NCBI GenBank assembly: GCA_963693095.2
Contig: OY843768.1
Coordinates: 896,001 to 960,000 of the forward strand
Direction of reading: 5' to 3'
DNA length: 64,000 nt
DNA from: Cenarchaeum sp.
GTDB taxonomy: Archaea > Thermoproteota > Nitrososphaeria > Nitrososphaerales > Nitrosopumilaceae
Notes under the pieces: generated by a model
Database searches by the model: none
The model's input: only the letters and a program-made list of their open reading frames with translations
Told to the model about the DNA's origin: nothing
Translations under genes and position numbers: made by a program
Part shown: in pieces, positions 50,502 to 60,100 of the stretch
Layout of the letters: every line of letters begins with the position of its first letter
Numbering within the stretch: position 1 is the stretch's first letter

Positions 50502-51269
50502 CTAATCCGCCAATGCTGCGATCACAGCATCAAGCGCGCCTGCCACCGTGTGCGTCGAGGCCGTCACGTGGCTCAGGCCTGCCCTTTCCATCTCCATGGA
50601 GGTGAAAGGGCCTATGGCCACAGGCGCCGCAGGCTTTACTTCGGTGATCGCAAGGAACGCGCGAACCGACGAGGCGCTCGTGAATATGGTCGCCGCGATG
50701 CGGCCCTGCGCGGCAAGGCGGCCAAACTCGTCCCAGTCGCCCCCCTTGCCGTCGGGCACGACATCGTACATTTGCGTCTCGGTGACGCGCATGCCGATCT
50801 TTTCGAGCAAGAGGCGCAAAAAGTCCCCCGAGGCCGCACTGCGCGGCATTATCACGCCCCTGCCGGCGGCGCGCAGGGACGTAAAGAGCTCGCCGAGGCC
50901 CACTGACGAGTGGACCGAGGGAACGTGCGATACTCGGATGCGCTCGGCCTCGACGGCTGCGCGCGTCTTGGGGCCGATCGCCACAACTCCGGCCCCCATG
51001 ATGGCCTCGCGCATCTCGGAGCCGATCGAGGCGGCGCGTGCGGCCTCAAAGAGCGAGCTGACCGCACGCGAGCTTAGAAACACCACATAGTCCGGATCGT
51101 CCTTGCGCAGGGCATCTAGAAACTCGACTGCCGCGCCGGCCCCACGCGCGACTAGGCGTATAGTGGGAAGCGCAAGCGGCACGCCGCCCCTAGAGCGCAC
51201 GAGCTCGCAAAACTCCACGGCATCAGCGGGTGCACGCGTTATGGCAACTGCGGCGCCGTTCAGGCTCAC
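50502..51269 (-). CDS. hemD: Uroporphyrinogen-III synthase
   Basis: VAITR, AIGPKT and FTSASSV; operon context. Confidence 0.9.
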   Translation of the reverse strand: MSLNGAAVAITRAPADAVEFCELVRSRGGVPLALPTIRLVARGAGAAVEFLDALRKDDPDYVVFLSSRAVSSLFEAARAASIGSEMREAIMGAGVVAIGPKTRAAVEAERIRVSHVPSVHSSVGLGELFTSLRAAGRGVIMPRSAASGDFLRLLLEKIGMRVTETQMYDVVPDGKGGDWDEFGRLAAQGRIAATIFTSASSVRAFLAITEVKPAAPVAIGPFTSMEMERAGLSHVTASTHTVAGALDAVIAALAD

Positions 51270-52006
51270 TTTGTCCCGGTCCTTTTGGCAAGTCCAACGA
51301 CATGGCCAACGATGATTATTGCGGGTGCGCGAATTCCCTCGCGCGAGACAATGTCGGCAATGTCACCTAGCGTTCCCTTTACTGTCACCTGCTTTGGTGT
51401 TGTGCCCTCCTGTATCACGGCAACCGGCGTTGCCTGATCCAGTCCACCCTCGACGAGACGTGCGCATATCTGCCGAATGCGCCCAAGTCCCATCATTATC
51501 ACGATCGTGTCCACAGCGCCAGCAAGTTTGTTCCAGTGGACGGCATCGGTGCCCTTTGTGGGATCCTCATGCCCTGTCACAAACGCGACAGAGGAGGACG
51601 TGCCGCGGTGCGTCAGCGGTATTCCCGCGTATGTGGCAGACGCCATGCCCGACGTTATTCCGGGAACGAGCTCGCACTCGATTCCGCGCGCGCGCAAAAA
51701 CTCGGCCTCCTCCCCGCCACGCCCAAAGATGTTCGGATCGCCGCCCTTGAGGCGCACGACCGTGCTGCCCCCTGACGCGTGGCGAACCATGGCCTCGTTC
51801 GTCGAGTCCTGGTGCGAGGCGTCATCGCCCACCGCGCGCCCGACGTATTCCTTTGTGGCCGACTCGCCGGCCATCGCGAGTATCTCGTCGCTGACGAGGC
51901 GGTCATAGAGTATGACATCGGCCGTGCGCAGGAGCTCGGCAACCCTGAGCGTGAGGAGGCCGGGGTCGCCGGGTCCGGCTCCAACTAGGTATACCTTGCC
52001 GCTCAT
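51266..52006 (-). CDS. cobA: Uroporphyrinogen-III C-methyltransferase
   Basis: VGAGPGDPGLLT and RLKGGDP..FGRGGEE. ATG 52006 overlaps the hemC stop. Confidence 0.96.
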   Translation of the reverse strand: MSGKVYLVGAGPGDPGLLTLRVAELLRTADVILYDRLVSDEILAMAGESATKEYVGRAVGDDASHQDSTNEAMVRHASGGSTVVRLKGGDPNIFGRGGEEAEFLRARGIECELVPGITSGMASATYAGIPLTHRGTSSSVAFVTGHEDPTKGTDAVHWNKLAGAVDTIVIMMGLGRIRQICARLVEGGLDQATPVAVIQEGTTPKQVTVKGTLGDIADIVSREGIRAPAIIIVGHVVGLAKRTGTK

Positions 52007-52941
52007 CTCGAGTTCCACTCGGCGACCTTTTCCCGCCAATTAAATGCAAGGCGCTCAACGCCACGCTCGCGCAGAATCGCGCCGGCCCGCCGGCCAACGC
52101 CTGCGGCATCTGCTGCCGAGCCGGTCGACTCGGCCTCTATGCGCTCAGAGCCGTCAACGGAGAAGGCCACGGCACGCACGGTGATGCTGCCTTCTGAGAA
52201 TGACGCATGGGCGCCCACCGGAAACCTGCACCCCGAGCCTATTGCTTCAGAGAGGGCGCGCTCGGCGTCGGCCTCGGCGCGAGAGCCGGCATCCTCTATT
52301 GTGCGCAAGAGAGCCACAGTCTGCGCATCATCGGCGCGCGCAACTAGCGCGAGGGCACCCTGGCCCGGCGAGGGCACAAATGACCCAAGGCCGAGATCGG
52401 AAAACCCGACATCGGCCTCGATTCCAAGGCGGGCCAATCCGGCGCGCGCGAGGACCACGGCATCAAGCTCCCCACGCCTCACTAGTGAGACGCGCGTGTC
52501 GACGTTTCCGCGCACAGGGTTCACGCGCACGTCGGGGCGCGCGCGGCTCACCTGCACTGCGCGGCGCAGGCTGCTTGTTCCAACCTCAGCACCGCGCCGA
52601 AGCGATTCAATTCCCAATCCATCCTTGGTGACTAGCACGTCGCCGGGCATCGCGCGGCGCGGCACGCACGCAAGGACCAGGCCTTCAGGGAGCTCCGAGG
52701 GCACGTCCTTCATGCTGTGCACGGCAAAGTCAACCTCGCCGAGTGCCACCTTGGCGTCGATCTCTTTTTCGAATATTCCCTTTTGGTCTATTGCAAAGAG
52801 CGGCCTCGCATCAGTGTCCCCACGAGTGCTAATCGTCCTAATCTCAAATTTTTCGCCCGCATTTGCCTCCTCGAGCTGGCCGACGACCCAGCGTGTCTGC
52901 GCCATCGAGAGCCGGCTTGCGCGCGTGCCAATCTTTCTCAG
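52003..52941 (-). CDS. hemC: Hydroxymethylbilane synthase, probable CTG start
   Basis: AVHSMKD, GTSSLRR and RGNVDTR. The conserved IGTR.S.L motif lies upstream of the first ATG and begins at CTG 52941. Confidence 0.93.
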   Translation of the reverse strand: MRKIGTRASRLSMAQTRWVVGQLEEANAGEKFEIRTISTRGDTDARPLFAIDQKGIFEKEIDAKVALGEVDFAVHSMKDVPSELPEGLVLACVPRRAMPGDVLVTKDGLGIESLRRGAEVGTSSLRRAVQVSRARPDVRVNPVRGNVDTRVSLVRRGELDAVVLARAGLARLGIEADVGFSDLGLGSFVPSPGQGALALVARADDAQTVALLRTIEDAGSRAEADAERALSEAIGSGCRFPVGAHASFSEGSITVRAVAFSVDGSERIEAESTGSAADAAGVGRRAGAILRERGVERLAFNWREKVAEWNSR

Positions 52942-54209
52942 TGTGCCACACCAGCCATGGACACCTCGTATGCGCGCGCGACGCGCGCGAGGTCCGCATC
53001 AGTGTGTGCCGAGCACAAAAACGCGACCTCAAACTGCGAGGGCGGCACAAATACGCCATTGGCGCGCAAGAGCTCTGCGAGCCTCGAAAAGCGCACACGA
53101 TCAGAGGCCATCGCCGAGGCGCGGTCCGTGACTGCAGAGTCCCCAAAAAAGACCTGGAACATCGAGGATACCCTGTTTATCGTGTGTGGCACGCCTAGCG
53201 AGCCGGCCGAGTCATGAATGCCCGATGTGAGGCGCGCACACGCGCGATCAAGGCGCGAGTACATTCGCGCCCCGAGCCGGCGCGCCTGCCTGATCGCCGC
53301 AATGGCCGCACTCACGGACACGGGGTTTCCGGCAAACGTGCTTGCCTGGTACACCTTGCCGCGGGGCACAAGCGACTCCATAATGTCGCGTCGACCCCCC
53401 AGGGCGGCTATCGGGAACCCGCCACCGAGGGCCTTTCCAAGGGTCGTGATGTCTGGCCTCACGCCATAGTGGCCCTGTGCGCCGCCCGGACCCATCCTGT
53501 ATCCCGTGACAGTCTCGTCAAATATCAGCAGCGCGCCATGCGAGCGCGCAATCCTGGCCAGACGGCGCAGAAATCCCCTTGCCGGCGGCACAAGGCCCAT
53601 GTTTGCCATGACCGGCTCGACTATAACTGCTGCCACATTGTCGCCCATGACACGCTCGACGGACTCGGCATCATTGTACTGCGCAACGAGCGTCTCGCGC
53701 GCGGCGGCGGCAAGCGAGCCGGCCGAGTCGGCGAGTCCATAGTGCGCAACTCCCGAGCCTGCGCGAACTAGCGCATAGTCATGCGCGCCATGATAGCACC
53801 CGTCAAACTTTACTATCTTTGTGCGCCCCGTGTGTCCTCGCGCCAGCCGTATGGCAGCCATTGTCGCCTCCATGCCCGTGTTGACAAGCCTCACTCTGCG
53901 CATCGACGGGTATCCACGCGAGATTAGCTCTGCCAGCTCGGTCTCGGCCTCTGTCGGCGCGCAGTAGAGCGTGCCCCGTCGGAGCTGCTGCGATACTGCT
54001 GACATTACTGCGGGGTTGCGATGGCCTAGCAGCATTGCGCCATACGCGCAGCAGAGATCGACATACCTCTTTCCGTCCACATCCCAGAGCGCCCCTCCGC
54101 GCGCGCGCTCGACGAAAAACGGGTACGGGTCATAGTGACGTATGGGGCTGTTCACCCCAGAGGCAACTGCGCGAAGGGCACGCGCGTAGAGCCTGGCTGA
54201 CCTGTCCAT
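52938..54209 (-). CDS. hemL: Glutamate-1-semialdehyde 2,1-aminomutase
   Basis: GVNSPIR, FDGCYHG, LIFDE and LGKALGGG. Confidence 0.96.
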   Translation of the reverse strand: MDRSARLYARALRAVASGVNSPIRHYDPYPFFVERARGGALWDVDGKRYVDLCCAYGAMLLGHRNPAVMSAVSQQLRRGTLYCAPTEAETELAELISRGYPSMRRVRLVNTGMEATMAAIRLARGHTGRTKIVKFDGCYHGAHDYALVRAGSGVAHYGLADSAGSLAAAARETLVAQYNDAESVERVMGDNVAAVIVEPVMANMGLVPPARGFLRRLARIARSHGALLIFDETVTGYRMGPGGAQGHYGVRPDITTLGKALGGGFPIAALGGRRDIMESLVPRGKVYQASTFAGNPVSVSAAIAAIRQARRLGARMYSRLDRACARLTSGIHDSAGSLGVPHTINRVSSMFQVFFGDSAVTDRASAMASDRVRFSRLAELLRANGVFVPPSQFEVAFLCSAHTDADLARVARAYEVSMAGVAH

Positions 54210-54366
54210 TACAGGATGCGCGCGCTACTGAGTCGCTATATTAGCTTCGGGGTGCGGCGGAGATGCTATCGGCATACCGGCCACCAGGAACTGGCTGGTG
54301 TGCGTGCAGCCACGTCCCTGTCTGGCAGCCTGGGCGTTCTGGGCAGTGTCACCACCTGCCGCGCCG

Positions 54367-55116
54367 TCAGGCAGACTGCGCACTGTCCTTGCCGTCCATG
54401 GCATCTAGCGCGCGCTCGTGCCACGTGCGCGCATTGGAATCTGATGGATTCAGGCTAATCGCGTGCTCGAATGCCTCGACGGCATCCTCGTAATGGCCGG
54501 TGGTGAGCAGCACACGTCCCACGCCCATGTGAAAGTCGGCATTGGACGGATCCATCTCGATCGCGCGCTCAAAGAGATCAAGCGCATCGTCATAGCGCCC
54601 AAGGTCATGCATGATGACACCTGCTCCCATGTACGCATAGGGCTCGCCAGGGTCAAGCGAGCTGGCCTCGCCAAATGCCCCAAGTGCCTCCTCGCCGCGT
54701 CCAAGCTCGTGGAGCTCAGAAGCCCTGACGAGGTGCAGGTTGGCAGACCGCGGCTCTAGTGCGATTGCGCGATCAATCTCTCCGAGTGCCCTGTCACAAT
54801 GACCAAGATCGTGCAAGTCGTGTGCCCGCCGCATATGCTCGTCGGCCTGATGGTTGCCGGTTCGGCGAGGCGAGCTGCGCCCCACATCAGAATACCTGCC
54901 CGTGCCGCGCATGTGATCCATGTGAGCCCTCCTTGCACTGGCAGAACGCGCATACTTGACAGACCACCGCACGATCAGCACAGTTATTCCCACAACGATG
55001 GCAAGTATGAATAGGCCTCCCCTAGTGCCGATCGCCAGCGTCGAGTCCACAAGATGACTGCTGCCAAAACCCGCCATGGTGTCTCCGGCGGCAAGCATGG
55101 CGGCTGCTTCAATCAT
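54367..55116 (-). CDS. Membrane-anchored TPR-repeat protein
   Basis: ATGA overlap at 55113-55116, one TM helix and about four TPRs (AIALEP, ASSLDP, AIEMDP, AISLNP). Confidence 0.85.
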   Translation of the reverse strand: MIEAAAMLAAGDTMAGFGSSHLVDSTLAIGTRGGLFILAIVVGITVLIVRWSVKYARSASARRAHMDHMRGTGRYSDVGRSSPRRTGNHQADEHMRRAHDLHDLGHCDRALGEIDRAIALEPRSANLHLVRASELHELGRGEEALGAFGEASSLDPGEPYAYMGAGVIMHDLGRYDDALDLFERAIEMDPSNADFHMGVGRVLLTTGHYEDAVEAFEHAISLNPSDSNARTWHERALDAMDGKDSAQSA

Positions 55117-55817
55117 GCCTGCCCGTTTCCCCACCGAACGCGCCTCGGCACCACTGCGGGCATGTCCTCTATAGTCGTGGCGATCTTTGGGAGCTCCTTG
55201 TTGCACACCTCTAGGTGCGATGCAAGCTTGTGGTTTAGCGCGTTCTGGATTATCACGCGGTAGCGCCTAAAGAACGGCACAATGCTTGACTTTAGGACTA
55301 TCTCGTCCGGATCTACAGTCGACGTCCTGTACAGCCCATGCGTGTTATCGCGCAGCCTCGGCAGCGCATCCTTTTTCATGAGCTCAATCACCTCTTGGCG
55401 CAGGTCTTCATACTGCAGGGTTTCCAGATCGGCAATAGTGGGCGGGTTTGGATCCACGCGTGCAGCCCCGTATTTCATTATGATCGTGTTAATCGTGGAG
55501 CCATCATGGTGGTGGGACTGCTTGAGGCCATCAAAGCTCACGCTCATGTCCCAATAGTACTTTGCAAAACGTGCGGCGATAAAGTTGAGGTTGACTATGA
55601 CATTTTCGCCATCATTCCGGATCCAGGTGCCGCCGGCAGGCAGGGTCGCCGAGCCGTTGTTGTGTCGCCCAATGTCAAGCAGGCAGCGCAGTAGGACTGG
55701 CTTGTATGTCGCAGTCATGTGCCGCTTTCCAGTCTCAAAGAATGCGCTCAGCTTTGCCACGTGCTCGGCATCATCGTCATGGCTGCTCATTGCGCCACGC
55801 TCAAGTGAACGTAACAC
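55113..55817 (-). CDS. Stand-alone N-terminal domain of an HNH-type restriction nuclease family, without the HNH domain
   Basis: TATYKPVLLRCLLD...IAARFAKYYW...LKQ...ALPRL. No CxxC or HNH motif follows. Start may be ATG 55790. Confidence 0.55.
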   Translation of the reverse strand: MLRSLERGAMSSHDDDAEHVAKLSAFFETGKRHMTATYKPVLLRCLLDIGRHNNGSATLPAGGTWIRNDGENVIVNLNFIAARFAKYYWDMSVSFDGLKQSHHHDGSTINTIIMKYGAARVDPNPPTIADLETLQYEDLRQEVIELMKKDALPRLRDNTHGLYRTSTVDPDEIVLKSSIVPFFRRYRVIIQNALNHKLASHLEVCNKELPKIATTIEDMPAVVPRRVRWGNGQA

Positions 55818-56011
55818 AGTGCGGTCACTGCCATGACGCCACTAGTCCTGTCGCCCATCCCCACGGGGCGCGCATGCGTCCCTCACTTAAGCATTGCCGG
55901 ATCTGGCGCACAGCGTGAACGTTGTGATGGGCTACATGGCCAGGGACATGACGTGACAGATGCACAGACTCGCGTCGTTTAGTTATCCACACCCGGCGCC
56001 CAATCCCAGGC

Positions 56012-56794
56012 TCACGCGGTGGCCTCTAGCGTCGCCATCGCCTCATCAACGCTTGCGTTGTCATGGACGATGCTGCGAACCGCGCGGATCATCGGAACGG
56101 GACGCTCAGACTGCCAAATGTTGCGGCCCATGTCGACTCCGGCAGCGCCTGCGCTGATCGACGAGTGGACGAGCTCTAGTGCCTCACGCTCTGGCACCTT
56201 TGGGCCTCCGGCGACAATTATCGGGACTGGGCATGACTCGACGACCTTTTCAAAGTTCTCGCAGTGGTATGTCTTTACCATGTGCGCCCCAAACTCGGCT
56301 GCAATGCGGCATGCCAGCGAGAGATAGCGCGCGTCGCGCTTTTCGAGCTCCTTGCCGACTGCCGTCACGGCAAGAACCGGCATGCCAACTGGTGCGGCCT
56401 CGTCGACGAGCCTGCCGAGTGAGGCCAGAGTCTGGTGCTCATGGCCGGCGCCCACAAATATCGACATTGCCACCGCAGACGCGTTGAGGCGAACCGCCTC
56501 GTCCATGCCAGTCGTTATGACCTCGTTGGAGAGGTCTGGCCCTATGATGCTGCTGCCGCCAGACACGCGCAGGACGACGGGAACTGCGCTAGAGGCCGGA
56601 ACCGACGTGCGCAAGACCCCGCGCGTGAGCATGAGCGAGTCACAGTGCTCCACGAGCGGCCCGATTGCCGCAGACGGCCTCTCTAGGCACCTAGTCGGAC
56701 CCATAAAGTAGCCGTGGTCAACTGCGAGCATGACGCCGCGTCCAGTCGATGGGCGGATTATCCTCGCCATGCGGCTCTCAAGGCCCCAGTCCAT
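56012..56794 (-). CDS. DhnA/LsrF-family class I aldolase/thiolase
   Basis: MLAVDHGYFMGP, GAHMVKTY, AGGPK and DMGRNIWQ. Confidence 0.9.
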   Translation of the reverse strand: MDWGLESRMARIIRPSTGRGVMLAVDHGYFMGPTRCLERPSAAIGPLVEHCDSLMLTRGVLRTSVPASSAVPVVLRVSGGSSIIGPDLSNEVITTGMDEAVRLNASAVAMSIFVGAGHEHQTLASLGRLVDEAAPVGMPVLAVTAVGKELEKRDARYLSLACRIAAEFGAHMVKTYHCENFEKVVESCPVPIIVAGGPKVPEREALELVHSSISAGAAGVDMGRNIWQSERPVPMIRAVRSIVHDNASVDEAMATLEATA

Positions 56795-56826
56795 GGCAGC
56801 ACCGCCGTGCGCGCGTATCTTAAGCC

Positions 56827-57843
56827 TTACTCGGTTATGACAATCTTCATCGCCGACTCTCCGCTGCGCGCGCGCTCAAATGCGTCGCCGACCTCGCCGA
56901 GCGGGTAGCGGTGCGTGATGAGGCGGTTGACGTCAATGCGCCCGTCTGATATAATGTCCAGGGCCTTGCGCGTGTCCGCATCAGATGCGGCATAGCTCGA
57001 GCGGATCAGTATGCCGCGCGAGTAGAGATCGCCGGCATCGAGCTCAAGTGTCGAGCCGCGCGGGGGCACGCCAAAGACCATGACCGTCCCGCCGTCACGG
57101 GCCATCATCACCGCATCGGCAATTGCGCGCACGCTTCCCGTCGCGACGATCACGGCATCGGCCCCATTGCCCCCTGTGGCCCCGCGCACGCAGTCAATGC
57201 CTAGCTCGGGGCGGACGGCCTCTGTTGCGCCAAGGTCGCGCGCAAACCCCACCCTGTACTCGTTGGTGTCAGTGCAGATCGCCGCAATTCCGCGCGAGCG
57301 CGCAATCATCGAGTGCATTATGCCAGTCGGCCCACATCCAAGTATCGCCACAGTGTCACCCTCTGCGCACGGGATCGCCGACCATGCCCTGATGCAGCAT
57401 GCTAGCGGCTCTATCATTGCGGCCTGCTCAAATGTCACATGGTCTGGAAGCCTCAAAACCCCGCCACGCGAGACGTTCTGGGCCGGCACCGCATAGTGCT
57501 CGGCTAGACCGCACGGCGAGAGGTTTGTCAGCGCGTACTGTGCGCAGAGCGTCTCCTCGCCGCGCATGCAGTGGCGACACGAGCCGCATGACACGTGGTG
57601 GTGCGTAAAGACCCTGTCGCCGACGCTAATGTCGCTGACTCCGGAGCCCACGGCGGTGACCGTGCCGGCAGGCTCGTGGCCAAGGCGCATCGAGGGCTTT
57701 GCGTACATGCCATACACCTTTTCGAGGTCAGAGCCGCATATGCCGCATGCGCGCATGCGCACGACGATCCCGCCGTTCTGGGCCTCGGGCATGTCAGCCT
57801 CGCGAACCTCGACGCGCCTCTCGCCCACAAACGCCGCCTTCAT
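56827..57843 (-). CDS. Zinc-dependent (MDR) alcohol dehydrogenase
   Basis: CGICGSD, GHE, CGSCRHC...C and GCGPTG. Confidence 0.93.
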   Translation of the reverse strand: MKAAFVGERRVEVREADMPEAQNGGIVVRMRACGICGSDLEKVYGMYAKPSMRLGHEPAGTVTAVGSGVSDISVGDRVFTHHHVSCGSCRHCMRGEETLCAQYALTNLSPCGLAEHYAVPAQNVSRGGVLRLPDHVTFEQAAMIEPLACCIRAWSAIPCAEGDTVAILGCGPTGIMHSMIARSRGIAAICTDTNEYRVGFARDLGATEAVRPELGIDCVRGATGGNGADAVIVATGSVRAIADAVMMARDGGTVMVFGVPPRGSTLELDAGDLYSRGILIRSSYAASDADTRKALDIISDGRIDVNRLITHRYPLGEVGDAFERARSGESAMKIVITE

Positions 57844-57890
57844 GGATCCGTGCGCAGGCGCATCCGAATAAAACCCTACCCTGCGATGCC

Positions 57891-58184
57891 CTACATTCCG
57901 AGTATCTTTTTGAGCATTGCGCGATAGTCGACATCGGCCTTTGTGGCGCCGCTTGCCGGAAGCGCAAAGACGAGCGTCGTGCGCTCTGCCCTGAGTCTCG
58001 TGATCTCGTCGTCTATTGGTCCGGCAACGTCATCGGCGACTAGGACTAGGCCGACTTCGGGATCATCGGTGAGGCGCCTGATGCTGTCAAGGGCCGCCTC
58101 GGGCGTCTCGGTGATGGTGCCCTCCACGCCGGCGAGCTGAAAGCTCGTCACAAACGACCTCTTGCCGACAGTCACAATCCTCAC
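57891..58184 (-). CDS. atpF: A/V-type ATP synthase subunit F
   Basis: RIVTVG...FQLAGV...LKKILG. GTG start at 58184. Confidence 0.88.
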   Translation of the reverse strand: MRIVTVGKRSFVTSFQLAGVEGTITETPEAALDSIRRLTDDPEVGLVLVADDVAGPIDDEITRLRAERTTLVFALPASGATKADVDYRAMLKKILGM

Positions 58185-58317
58185 TGCGTCTGCAGGGCGC
58201 CGCATATTCACATTTAACCCTTTTTTGGGCTCCCATTGAGCTGGCCGCGGGTGCCGACCCCATACGCGCAGGCGGCGGAAAAGTTGATAAACCGCCGCAT
58301 GGGGGCAGATCGCAGAC

Positions 58318-58620
58318 ATGGAAGGCCATGAGATCGACGCGGTGCGCCCAGTATACCTGTTCCTTCACGGCAGGATGGATCTGCGCGACAAGGCAATGGC
58401 GGCCCTGACGAACGCCGGCTTTACGGCATCGAGGGTTCAGCTAGCCGTGCCGACAAAGGTCGGCGAGGTTGGCGACTATATGGCCATGGCGTGGATGCCG
58501 CCAAACCCCGACCACATAAAGATCCAAAAGATAACTGCAGTAAAGGCCGTCGAGGCACAGGGCATGGAAGGCCTCTGGCGCGGTGCCGAAAAGCAAGACC
58601 TCTTTGACGTGCCCCTCTAG
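58318..58620 (+). CDS. Hypothetical protein
   Basis: Host-like codon usage; fills the gap between its neighbours. Confidence 0.65.
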   Translation: MEGHEIDAVRPVYLFLHGRMDLRDKAMAALTNAGFTASRVQLAVPTKVGEVGDYMAMAWMPPNPDHIKIQKITAVKAVEAQGMEGLWRGAEKQDLFDVPL

Positions 58621-58994
58621 GCATCATAGCGGGCCACTATCTCCTTTAGCCCGTTGATAATCTCAAACTTGCGCGCAATTGACGTCTCGGGCTCGACGGT
58701 CACAAATACCGTGTGGTTTGTCGAGTAGACGACTAGCTGCGCGACGTGCTCGCGCTCCACGTGGATATAGCGAACCTTGCCGAGTGTCCCGTCAAATCCT
58801 TCGCGCATGCGCCGCCTCTCGGCAATCTGTCGGCAAAAGTGCTCATCCTCGCGCTGCGTGGCAAGCGACGTCTTTGCCCCCTTCATGATTCCCTCGACTA
58901 TCTCGCCGTTGAGCCCTATTATGCCCACAAAGCGCACCGAGTCATCCAGATCCGCGATCTCCTCGACAACTCTCTGAAGGTCAATCTCGGCCAT
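58617..58994 (-). CDS. Roadblock/profilin-like small protein (DUF6659-like)
   Basis: VRFVGII...G...FD.TLGKVRY...ERE pattern. Confidence 0.7.
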   Translation of the reverse strand: MAEIDLQRVVEEIADLDDSVRFVGIIGLNGEIVEGIMKGAKTSLATQREDEHFCRQIAERRRMREGFDGTLGKVRYIHVEREHVAQLVVYSTNHTVFVTVEPETSIARKFEIINGLKEIVARYDA

Positions 58995-59024
58995 CGGCCC
59001 ACAGGCGTGCAGAGCCCGAATATA

Positions 59025-59282
59025 TTATTTGGCGGCGTGTGTGATCCAGATGTCACCGAGGAGGCCGCGCACAAACGCGTCAAACTCGTCATCAGAGAAC
59101 GTGACAGTCTCGCAACCCTCGCCAAGTGCGGCGCCCACATGGGCACACTCGGAGCCCCGAAAGTGAAATGACGCGCACGAGCACACGCGCATGTCGGGAT
59201 CGACCCAGTGTTCGCCCCCGCGCCCGACGACGGTGAACACGCGCCTTCCGCTCGGCTCAAAGGCGTGAACCTTTGCGCTCAT
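59025..59282 (-). CDS. SWIM zinc finger protein
   Basis: CSC...F...CAH. Confidence 0.8.
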   Translation of the reverse strand: MSAKVHAFEPSGRRVFTVVGRGGEHWVDPDMRVCSCASFHFRGSECAHVGAALGEGCETVTFSDDEFDAFVRGLLGDIWITHAAK

Positions 59283-59338
59283 GCTGCTGACCTCCACAAG
59301 GGTTTAATCAGATGGCTGTCGTATAACCCTACCGTACA

Positions 59339-60100
59339 ATGGCAACAGCAATGGCCGTGGTTCCCGAGGCCGCACTACTAGTCGAGGAGGGCGCCGAGCG
59401 CACGCTTGCCGTGGCCGACGCGCACGTCGGCTTTGAGGCTGCCATGGCCGGCAGGGGAGTGCGCATGGAGAGCGGGGGGTCTGCGCGCGAGATGGCCGAG
59501 GCCATTGCGCGCATTGCCACACGGGCGCGTGCCACGCAGATTGCGCTCCTAGGCGACACAAAGGCCGGCACGTCGCGCATAGCCGGCCAAGAGTGGGACG
59601 CCGTGCCGGCGTTCCTCTCGCGCCTCGCCGACGTGGCCGAGACTGTCGTCATACCGGGCAACCACGACGCCGGAATGGCGCACCTCCTGCCTGATGGCGT
59701 CTCAATGTCTGCGCCATCCGGAATCGTCATCGGCGACACGCTCCTCACGCACGGCCACGCCATGCCGTCAGGAAATCTTGGCGGCGTGTCGCGAATTGTC
59801 ATGGGGCATGCGCACCCCACGGTTCGTGACGCGTCATCGGTCCTCGGCGGCCAGCGCGTCTGGGCATCAATGGTCATCTCGCGCGACTGCGTCTTTGCGT
59901 CATACGGCGGAACGCTAGAGATAACCATAGTGCCCTCGTTTAACCGCTATATCACCGCACCGCCGGGGCGCGCGGCGCGACGCGCGCGCTCACCGATACT
60001 AGAGCGCGCAAGGCAGGGCGTCGTCTCGGCCAAGGTCATCACGCTTGATGGCGCCATACTTGATGACGGGCCTTCAGCCCTCGACGGTGTTGTCTGGTAG
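59339..60100 (+). CDS. Calcineurin-like metallophosphoesterase
   Basis: ADAHVG, LGD, GNHD, THGH and GHAHP. Confidence 0.9.
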   Translation: MATAMAVVPEAALLVEEGAERTLAVADAHVGFEAAMAGRGVRMESGGSAREMAEAIARIATRARATQIALLGDTKAGTSRIAGQEWDAVPAFLSRLADVAETVVIPGNHDAGMAHLLPDGVSMSAPSGIVIGDTLLTHGHAMPSGNLGGVSRIVMGHAHPTVRDASSVLGGQRVWASMVISRDCVFASYGGTLEITIVPSFNRYITAPPGRAARRARSPILERARQGVVSAKVITLDGAILDDGPSALDGVVW

